Shown here in pieces: positions 56,409 through 64,000 of a stretch of DNA of 64,000 nt. The stretch lies in the IMG/VR virus record IMGVR_UViG_3300036784_000146, positions 32,001 to 96,000 of that record. The stretch is one strand, 5' to 3'. How positions within the stretch are numbered: the first letter of the stretch is position 1; each line of letters opens with the position of its first letter. Position numbers and translations under genes: made by a program. The notes under the pieces were generated by a model. That model made no database searches. It saw only the letters and a list, made by a program, of their open reading frames with translations, and had not been told where the DNA came from. This DNA is from a virus (lineage: Duplodnaviria > Caudoviricetes).

Positions 56409-56449
56409 TGTAGGCGTTCACCTCTCCCGCCTTAAAGGGAGAGAGGAGG
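56409..56449 (+). promoter_or_regulatory. bipartite TGT-N22-AAAGGG motif, copy 6
   Basis: CCTGTAG (TGT at 56409), AAAGGGAGAGAGGAGG from 56434. Confidence 0.55.
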
Positions 56450-56457
56450 CTTCGCGG

Positions 56458-56874
56458 ATGACGTTCTCGCTGGCGCTTCAAAACGGCGACTTGGTGCAGC
56501 AGGGGTCCAGCTTGGCGATTGTCTCGGGGACCGCCAAGCTGCAACAGGACATGGGTCTGTGGTTGACCGAGCGCCTCGGGGTCGACCGGTTCCATCCTCG
56601 TTATGGCTCGGAGCTGCCGAACTTCATCGGCGGGGTCGTCGACATGACCACCCAGTCCAAGGTGCAGGGCGAGGTGGACCGGGTGCTGGGGAACTATCAG
56701 GTGATCCAGATGATGGCCTTCCAGAACAGCCCGCAGCTATTCAGCTTCGACGAGCTGCTCCAAACACTGACCGGCGTGCAGGTGGGCCTCAATTTCGACA
56801 CGGTCAGCGTGGCGGTCTCGGTAGCCACCGGCAGCGGTTCCACGGCGATAGCTTCAGCCTCAACGAGCGTCTAG
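56458..56874 (+). CDS. baseplate wedge protein (gp25/GPW-like)
   Basis: NGDL...G..KL.QD..W..E..G.DRFHP.YGS.L motif. Confidence 0.8.
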   Translation: MTFSLALQNGDLVQQGSSLAIVSGTAKLQQDMGLWLTERLGVDRFHPRYGSELPNFIGGVVDMTTQSKVQGEVDRVLGNYQVIQMMAFQNSPQLFSFDELLQTLTGVQVGLNFDTVSVAVSVATGSGSTAIASASTSV

Positions 56875-56883
56875 GGAGTCGGA

Positions 56884-58626
56884 GTGAGCAAGACTCCCGA
56901 TCAGATAGCCCAGCAGATCCTGGCCACCCTGGCCCAGACGATGCCGACGCTGTCGTGTGCGATTGGCACGCCGGAGCGCAAAATCATCGACGCCTGCGCC
57001 GAACAGATCTCGACCGCGTCCATCGACACCTATCTGGTGGGTTCGTTGCTGGACATCGACACCAAGGCCGGGGCCGAACTCGAACAGTTCGTCGGCATCT
57101 TTGGTTACGGCAGGCTGTCGGGCAAGCCAGCTCAGGGCACCGTGCGGGTCACCCTCACGGTGGCCTCGACCTCCGACTACACCATCAGCCAGGGCGTCAC
57201 CTTCTACACCGGGACCGGCGTGTCGGGGCTGACCACCCAGTTGTACTACTCGGCCAACCAGAGCGTGGTATTGCCAGCCGGTGACTATTCGGTAGACGTC
57301 CCGGTCACCTGCACCACCGTCGGCGTGGCTGGCAACGTGCCGCCGGGCTCGATCACCAACCTGTCTTCGGCGATCGGCTCCTCTGCGGTCACCAACCTGC
57401 AGGCCATGACCGACGGTACCGACCCCGAGAGCGACGATCAGCTGCGCCAGCGGTTCAAGGACACCTTCCTGCGCAACGTCGCGGGCACCGCCGACTGGTA
57501 TATCGCGCTGTGCCAGCAGAACAACGCGGTCACTCGGGTCGTGGTCTTCGGGCCCACCGCGCTTTACACCACCCAGATCGCGGCGCCCTCCACCACGCTG
57601 GCGTTGCCGGTCGACCAGGACGTCAAGTACGTGTGGCCCGACCAGACGAGCTGCTTCATCAACCTGGGCCAGCCGACCGAGACCTTCTACGCCGAGAACG
57701 ACGACTACGTCTTGTCGACCGGCATCTCGCCGGTGTTCACCACCGTGTCCTCCGGTGCGATCAGCCCCGGCGACATCGTCGACTTGGAGTTCCAGTACAC
57801 CCCGGTGTGCTCGCGCAACGACCCGGCCAACGGGATCGCCAACAAGGTCGACGTCTTCTGCGACGGCATCGCGCCCTTCACGGTCACCGAGCGCAGCGTC
57901 ATCGACGGCACCGAGCTGTCTTCGGAGTCCGGCGACCCGTTCTACACCGGCAACTTCATGCGCCTGGGATCTACGGGTAGCCCAGTGGCCACCAACCGCT
58001 ACACCCGGCTGGGCAACGTCCCGCTGGTCACCTTCCCGCCGACGCTGACCGTGGGCGGCGAGATCTATACCCTGGGCACCCACTACTTCGTGATCCAGGA
58101 CATCACGCTGTTGCAGGGCTCGCGACTGGAAGCCACCGGCATCGAGTGGGATTCGTCCGGCCCGGCCACCGGCGCCGAGCTGACCTTGGAATACGTCTAC
58201 AACCAGGTGCCCGAGGTGCTCGACAACGTGATGACCACCTCCAAGCAGCTGACCACCGACGTGATGGTGCACCAGGCCCAGTACGTCTACCTGCAGCCCT
58301 GCCTGAACATCGAGTACGACCGCAGCTACTCCCCGGCCACCGTCAATGCCGCTGTGGCCACCCGGCTGCAGAGCTACATCGCCGGGCTGCCGTTCGGTTC
58401 GCAGATCAAGTTCTCGGTGCTGTGCTCGGTGATCGGCCAGGTGTTGGGTGTGGTCGACGTCAAGGTCACCAGCAGCACCGATAACCCCGACGTCTACGGG
58501 ATCCAGGTGTTCGCCAACTCCGAAGACATCGCCCCCCTCAGCGTGCAGGCCACCGACTTCAAGCTCGACGACAACCAGGTCGCTTACTTCCTGGGCTCCA
58601 TCATCACCCGGACGGCGGCGCCGTAA
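56884..58626 (+). CDS. baseplate J-like protein
   Basis: G.ELE.FV.IFG..R, G.AGNV..G.I and DG.D.ESD.QLR.R motifs. Confidence 0.85.
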   Translation: MSKTPDQIAQQILATLAQTMPTLSCAIGTPERKIIDACAEQISTASIDTYLVGSLLDIDTKAGAELEQFVGIFGYGRLSGKPAQGTVRVTLTVASTSDYTISQGVTFYTGTGVSGLTTQLYYSANQSVVLPAGDYSVDVPVTCTTVGVAGNVPPGSITNLSSAIGSSAVTNLQAMTDGTDPESDDQLRQRFKDTFLRNVAGTADWYIALCQQNNAVTRVVVFGPTALYTTQIAAPSTTLALPVDQDVKYVWPDQTSCFINLGQPTETFYAENDDYVLSTGISPVFTTVSSGAISPGDIVDLEFQYTPVCSRNDPANGIANKVDVFCDGIAPFTVTERSVIDGTELSSESGDPFYTGNFMRLGSTGSPVATNRYTRLGNVPLVTFPPTLTVGGEIYTLGTHYFVIQDITLLQGSRLEATGIEWDSSGPATGAELTLEYVYNQVPEVLDNVMTTSKQLTTDVMVHQAQYVYLQPCLNIEYDRSYSPATVNAAVATRLQSYIAGLPFGSQIKFSVLCSVIGQVLGVVDVKVTSSTDNPDVYGIQVFANSEDIAPLSVQATDFKLDDNQVAYFLGSIITRTAAP

Positions 58627-61553
58627 TGGGGGTGTTGAACAGCCCGTGGCCGTGGATGCCACCCAAGAGCACCGAGCTGCTCTTAATGCACTGCGACGAC
58701 ACCGCGTACACGGCCACACCGGACACCGCCATGTACAAGCTGGTGGACGCGATCTGCGGCACCACCGGCGCCGGGGCATTGGTCAACCAGGTCTTCATCG
58801 CGCGGCTGGCCGGGGCTATGGAGACGATCTACTACGGCGACCTCGACTCGGTCTTCTCCAACATGCACTTCCTGGCGCGCGCGCCCGAGGAGTCCTACCC
58901 CTACAACCCCCTGACCGACATGCTCACCGCTAACCAGTGGAACGAGGTCAGAGTCAAAGACGCGTGGTACCGCGCGCGGGTGCGCGACCACTTCGTCGCG
59001 TGCGGGCTGGGCTCGACCGTCGAGGGCGTGCGGATGTGCGTGCAGGCCGCACTGTCGGTGGACTGCTATGTCTATGAGATCTGGCGCTACATGGACAATT
59101 TCGGGATCACCGCAGACCTGGGGCGCTCGCCGGTCAGCGTGCGCAACGAGCTGGTGATCCAGCCGCACAAGACGTCGCTGGCCCCCGACGAGATGCGGCT
59201 CGCGCGCGACATGCTCGCGATGTTCATGTCCCTGGACATCATCGTCACGATCAACGTCAACGGCATCCCGGTGCAGATCCCGGTCCCGATCACGGCGGCC
59301 GCCTCCGACTCGACCTACTACGAGGTCCAGAAGGTGGTCACCAACACCCCGTTGATAAGCCAGCTGCCGCCGCCGGAGCTGCTACCCATCGACCTGCTGC
59401 CGACCCAGACCTGGATGTACTCCAAGGACCCGACGCTGGCCCCCTACGCGGCGTTCAATATCTCGCAGGAGTATGGCTACTACTATCTGACCGGCGGGGG
59501 CGCGCGTTCGCCGATCGACTCGGTCTCTTACGGCACGATCAACACCTCGACGCCGGTGAAGGTCGCAGTCTTCGAGCTGTCGGGCACCTTCAATCTCGTG
59601 GGCAGCATTCCCGAGCCCGGGGCCGTGGTCACCAACTCGTGGTTCTCCACTCTTGACGGTGACTTCTTCCAGTGGATCCCGGTCAATTACTCCGCTGATC
59701 TCTACCCCATGAACACCAGCGTGGCTCAGGGCGTCACCAATCTGACGAATGCCATTAACGCCTGGACGGGCCCGTTTATCATCGTGGGCTACAGCCAGGG
59801 CGCAATCGTCGTCAGCAACGTCTACGACGAGATCCGAACCGGCTCGTTGCAAAATCGGCGGACCGATCTGCTGGCCGGGCTGGCCTACGGCAATCCCCGG
59901 CGTCAGGCCGGGCAGATCTTCCCCGGCGGGACCGACCCTGGCGGACACGGCATCATGAACTGGGCCCTGCTGGCCAACACCGAGCCCCTGTGGTGGGAGT
60001 TCGCCAACCCAGGTGACATCTCCTGCAACGTCTACGATGACCAGGCTGGCCAGGACCTCAGTACCTTGTTCGGGCTGATCTATGAGCACTACAACGGCAT
60101 TCTGTCGGTGATCGTCTCCCTGATCACTAGCGGCATTGCAGGAGCTGAGGCTCTGATCCAGAGCCTGCTGGACCTCTTCTACTTCGCGGAGCCCGGCGGT
60201 ACACATCCGCATGGGCAGTACCAAAACCCCGCCTACCAGCCGGTGGCCGGGGACTCGCGCGACCAGGTGCAGATCGGCCGCGACTACATCAACAGCCTGG
60301 CGTTGCCCAACTTGACCGCATTGAGCACCCTCGTGGCCTCCACCGCCACGGCGGTCACCGTCTACGAGGTCGACGAGATCACCACCGGCACACCGTCGAG
60401 CTGGTTCTCTGCCAATCTCGACCCTCGCATCCGCTACGTGTGGGTGCCCTACCCCTCGAACACCGAGCTGCCGTTGCAGGACGCGATCGACGCAGGTGTG
60501 TCTGCCCTTGTCACCATGATCAACAACAGCCCCGGCAAGTTCATCCTGCTGGGCACCGGCGAGGGCGCCATCGTCACCTCCAACGTCTACGACGAGCTGC
60601 GCACCGGCTACATGCAGCACCGAGATACCGATCTGCTGGCCGGTATCGCCATAGGCAACCCTCGTCGCGAGGCGGGTGTCATCGCGCCAGGCTGTACCGA
60701 CCCCGGCGGCCATGGCATCAGCGCCAACCGGCTGGCTGCCACCGACTCGTATTGGTGGGAGTTCGCCAATCCGGGCGACGTCCTGGCCACTACGGGTGAT
60801 GACGACAACGGAATTTGGACGACAACCCTGTTCGACGCGATAGTGGCCAGCTACGCGGGCGGGGACCCGAGCCCGATCACCAATGCCTATCCCAGTGCCG
60901 ACGTCAACATCTCGTTGATCATGCAGACCATCCTCAGCGTCGTCGTCAGCCAGGTCGGCTCGGCTCACACCACTTACCAGAGCAGCACCCCAATCGCTGG
61001 GGACAACCGCACCAGCTTCCAGATAGCGCGCGACTACATCAACACCTTCGCGGTGTTGTCGACGGCGTACGCGGCCGCCCCGGCCGATCCCATGCAGACC
61101 TACCTGCCTGCGCAGGACTTCGAGTCCTACGTCAACAACTCGCAGTTCGGGGCCTGGCAAACCTACGAGATCGTGGACAGCCCGGACAACTACCCGGGTG
61201 GCAAGTTCGGCAAGACCCCCAACGCCGCGCCGCCGATCAATCCCGACGGCACGCCGTACAACTTCCCTTGGCCGAGCCAGCAGGCCTACATCACCGCCAA
61301 GATGAACCAGGTGATATCGCTGGGCGGACAGGCCGACAACTACCACTACCGGATCCCGGTGGGTCAGGCCAGCATCACCAAGGAGGTCTTCCTGCCCGAA
61401 TACGCCATCGCCGCGACGGAGCCCACGATGGACTCCACCCTCTCGATGTCGCTGACGATGCTGCGACCTTCTCCCACGAGCCAGACCGGCTGGAATCAGG
61501 TCTTCGCCACCAGCGCGGCTGCACCGGCCGGGGCGGCGGGGAGCAGCGGCTGA
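58626..61553 (+). CDS. baseplate wedge protein with two inserted LysB/cutinase-like domains
   Basis: Wedge-like N-terminus (YRARV...G.T.EG); domain 1 has GYSQG...GNPRR, domain 2 has GTGEG...GNPRR. Confidence 0.75.
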   Translation: MGVLNSPWPWMPPKSTELLLMHCDDTAYTATPDTAMYKLVDAICGTTGAGALVNQVFIARLAGAMETIYYGDLDSVFSNMHFLARAPEESYPYNPLTDMLTANQWNEVRVKDAWYRARVRDHFVACGLGSTVEGVRMCVQAALSVDCYVYEIWRYMDNFGITADLGRSPVSVRNELVIQPHKTSLAPDEMRLARDMLAMFMSLDIIVTINVNGIPVQIPVPITAAASDSTYYEVQKVVTNTPLISQLPPPELLPIDLLPTQTWMYSKDPTLAPYAAFNISQEYGYYYLTGGGARSPIDSVSYGTINTSTPVKVAVFELSGTFNLVGSIPEPGAVVTNSWFSTLDGDFFQWIPVNYSADLYPMNTSVAQGVTNLTNAINAWTGPFIIVGYSQGAIVVSNVYDEIRTGSLQNRRTDLLAGLAYGNPRRQAGQIFPGGTDPGGHGIMNWALLANTEPLWWEFANPGDISCNVYDDQAGQDLSTLFGLIYEHYNGILSVIVSLITSGIAGAEALIQSLLDLFYFAEPGGTHPHGQYQNPAYQPVAGDSRDQVQIGRDYINSLALPNLTALSTLVASTATAVTVYEVDEITTGTPSSWFSANLDPRIRYVWVPYPSNTELPLQDAIDAGVSALVTMINNSPGKFILLGTGEGAIVTSNVYDELRTGYMQHRDTDLLAGIAIGNPRREAGVIAPGCTDPGGHGISANRLAATDSYWWEFANPGDVLATTGDDDNGIWTTTLFDAIVASYAGGDPSPITNAYPSADVNISLIMQTILSVVVSQVGSAHTTYQSSTPIAGDNRTSFQIARDYINTFAVLSTAYAAAPADPMQTYLPAQDFESYVNNSQFGAWQTYEIVDSPDNYPGGKFGKTPNAAPPINPDGTPYNFPWPSQQAYITAKMNQVISLGGQADNYHYRIPVGQASITKEVFLPEYAIAATEPTMDSTLSMSLTMLRPSPTSQTGWNQVFATSAAAPAGAAGSSG

Positions 61554-64000
61554 TGGCTGCCTCACCCCTACAGGGGATGTTCCTCAACTTCCACTGGCCG
61601 CTACCGCTGGTGAACCTGGTCCAGGACCTGATCGGCAAGCAGCAGTCGGCGCCCAATACCCCGCAGATCACCACCAGCGCGGCGGGCAGCGCATCGTCGG
61701 CACCTCAGGTCTGGTTCTCTCAGCCCCGCTCGGCCACCGACCCGACCATCGAGGTGCTGACCGTCAATTTCAAACTCCCACTCTCGATCGGCGAGTTCTC
61801 CATCGAGATCCTGCGCGTCTCGTGCACCTTCCAAGTCTGGTACCAGGACCGCAACAACAACTGGATCCAGATGCGCGACGAGAGCTACCAGCCGATGCAG
61901 ATCACGCTGTCCTCGTCTCAGGAGGTGAGCTGGTACAAGTACCACGTCTATACCTATCAGATCGTCGCGAAGGCGGTGCAGTTCCGCATCTCGCGCAACC
62001 CCGACCTCATATTGGGCAACCAGCCGTTCAACATCGGTCTGCAGAACGGGCTGATCCGGCGCAACATCTATGCCCTGTCCGACGGCACTCAGGCCATGGA
62101 GCCCGAGCAGGACGCGTTGGGAAACGTCATCGCCAAGTACATCCAGGACTGGGGCGCCTCCGACGCGATCGACGACGAGCCCTTCACCTTCTGGCGCAGC
62201 GCTCCCCAGCCTGACCCGCAGGCCGTGGTGTCGCTCTACCTGGACCTGCGTAACCCCGACGGCACGCCGCAGCTGATTGACACGCTCTATATCGACCCGG
62301 TCTACATCAACCAGAACCTCAACCTCTACTACTCGGTCGACGACACCGTGGGGACCCGTAACCTGTCGCCGGTCAGCCTGCCTCCCGACATCGACGAGAA
62401 CACCCAGTGGACGGCCGGATCGGGTCTCTCCGACATCTCTGCGACCGGGGGCACCAGTCTCTATCAGATAGCGCTGGCGATCGGCCCACAGCTGTCTCAG
62501 CCCGTCTGGATGGGTATCCAATGGGCGCCCGACTTCGACGTGCTTACTGGTGCACCGCCGAACAACCCCATCCTGTTCGGGGTGTCTCCGGGGCTGAACG
62601 CCGTGCAGACCATCTCCATCGTGGGGGACGCCGTCGGCGGGTCCTTCGAGCTGAGTCTGGACGGCACCAACTACAGCGCCTCGATCGCTAACAACGCGAC
62701 CGGTGACGCCATGCAGACCGCGCTGGCAGCGCTCGCGGCGATCGGTACCGGTAATGTGTTGGTGGCCGGAGACCCAGGTGGCCCGTGGACGGTGAACTTC
62801 CAGAACCAGCTGGGTCAGCAGGCGGTGCCCGACCTGCAGGTGGTCAACTCCCTGACCGGCGCCCCGCAGCCCAAGGTCAACGTACAGACCACCACCGCCG
62901 GGTACTCGCCGCCCAACGCCGGGGGGAGTCAGTACTGGCCCCGGGTGTACTTCGATGCCGGTGCCTCTGAGATCGCGCTCGAACTGACCAACGGCCAGGA
63001 CACGCAGCTCTTTACGGTGCCGCTGTCCCCGCTGCCCACTCAGTACACCCCGATGCGCATCGTGGTCGGCTGGGTCTACGAGCCCACCCCGCAGGTCTTC
63101 CTGTCGGTCACGCGGCCCGACGGACAGCTCATGGCCGACTCCACCCAGAGCGCGCCCCATCTGCCCACCCAGATCACGCTGGACGGCGAGGTAGGCTACC
63201 AGGACTTCCGAGGCAACATGACTGCGCTCGTGGTCAAGCTCGGCAACTGGGCCAACGGGTACCGGGCGTTTCAGGCCAACCCGGCGATGTACGTCAACCC
63301 CGACCCGGTGCAACCTGACCCCAACACCGGTATCGTGCCGTCGACCACGCTCGACGATGCGGTGCTGGCGGTCGACTGGACGCTGCAGGACACACCGATC
63401 GGCGGCGGGCACGCCAGCTTCTACACCTCCAAGATCTGGACGCCGATCTTCGCCAACTATGTCACCCAGAAGGGCAAGTTCTACTTCCCCAAGCCGGTGA
63501 TGGTGAAGTACCTGCAGCTAGAGTTCTCCAACCTCACCCAGGAGAGCTACCCGGTCTACGACTCGGGCATCAAGGTGATGTACCAGGTCTTCCCGATCTC
63601 GGTGAGCCAGACCCAGACCAAGCCGACGCTGGGCAGCATCATCAACGGTCTGGTATCGATCGGCGGCCAGATCCTCACCGGTGGCATCGGCAGCGTCAAC
63701 TGGCTCAACCCCTCGACGATCACTGCTGCGGTCAACTCAGTGTTCGGTCAGACAGTGTCGCCGATCAGCGTGCAGGTGGGTCCGGGCTATACCACGAGCA
63801 CCGCACCGGCCATTCCCAACACGCTGGGCTCCTCGGCCTCAGACATCGTTCCTGAGATATCCAGCCCGTGGGTCTACCGGCGTCAGCTGCCCAACGTGGC
63901 CGTGCTGGCCGCCCAGCAGCTCGGTGGCTTCCTGAACAACGTCGGCGCCCAGGTGGTCAACCCGTTGATCAACGGCATCGCCTCGACGATCGCGGGGGCC
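61553..64000 (+). CDS. large baseplate/minor tail protein (truncated by the window edge)
   Basis: ATG overlaps the previous stop; frame reads MAASPLQGMFLNFHWPLPL...WFSQPR... and appears to stay open to the window end. Confidence 0.7.
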   Translation, partial: MAASPLQGMFLNFHWPLPLVNLVQDLIGKQQSAPNTPQITTSAAGSASSAPQVWFSQPRSATDPTIEVLTVNFKLPLSIGEFSIEILRVSCTFQVWYQDRNNNWIQMRDESYQPMQITLSSSQEVSWYKYHVYTYQIVAKAVQFRISRNPDLILGNQPFNIGLQNGLIRRNIYALSDGTQAMEPEQDALGNVIAKYIQDWGASDAIDDEPFTFWRSAPQPDPQAVVSLYLDLRNPDGTPQLIDTLYIDPVYINQNLNLYYSVDDTVGTRNLSPVSLPPDIDENTQWTAGSGLSDISATGGTSLYQIALAIGPQLSQPVWMGIQWAPDFDVLTGAPPNNPILFGVSPGLNAVQTISIVGDAVGGSFELSLDGTNYSASIANNATGDAMQTALAALAAIGTGNVLVAGDPGGPWTVNFQNQLGQQAVPDLQVVNSLTGAPQPKVNVQTTTAGYSPPNAGGSQYWPRVYFDAGASEIALELTNGQDTQLFTVPLSPLPTQYTPMRIVVGWVYEPTPQVFLSVTRPDGQLMADSTQSAPHLPTQITLDGEVGYQDFRGNMTALVVKLGNWANGYRAFQANPAMYVNPDPVQPDPNTGIVPSTTLDDAVLAVDWTLQDTPIGGGHASFYTSKIWTPIFANYVTQKGKFYFPKPVMVKYLQLEFSNLTQESYPVYDSGIKVMYQVFPISVSQTQTKPTLGSIINGLVSIGGQILTGGIGSVNWLNPSTITAAVNSVFGQTVSPISVQVGPGYTTSTAPAIPNTLGSSASDIVPEISSPWVYRRQLPNVAVLAAQQLGGFLNNVGAQVVNPLINGIASTIAGA

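Overview
This 64 kb window is a GC-rich, essentially all plus-strand segment of a large contractile-tailed (myovirus-type) mycobacterial phage or prophage. Its gene order resembles Bxz1/cluster C-like phages. From left to right it contains: (1) an accessory type VII secretion (ESX) substrate cassette with PE, PPE-SVP, an EspC/PE-like YxxxE protein, a WXG-led putative toxin and a tiny putative immunity ORF; (2) a DUF932-like gene with its own SigA-type promoter; (3) a lysis region with 4TM and 1TM membrane proteins and a clear LysB, but no recognisable LysA; (4) the head module with portal, large low-complexity proteins, prohead protease-scaffold, decoration protein and major capsid protein, interleaved with enzyme genes (2H phosphoesterase, DUF7178-like, NadD-like nucleotidyltransferase, ART-like/ParB-N fusion); (5) neck, sheath, tube, frameshifted tail chaperone, tape measure, a lysozyme+NlpC/P60 hub, a 2.3 kaa spike/fibre, and baseplate genes, one carrying tandem LysB-like domains. 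The main unexplained signals are: recurring basic-x-Ala motifs and a shared leader, suggesting protease-released enzyme cargo packaged in the capsid; a -1 frameshift signal in a head-region gene; a perfect chromosomal-type parS inside the tail operon; six copies of a bipartite TGT-N22/23-AAAGGG motif upstream of structural operons; and a long nested RNA hairpin before the portal. I saw no terminase, integrase, tRNA, rRNA or CRISPR array. All product calls come from motif recognition by eye, not database searches.
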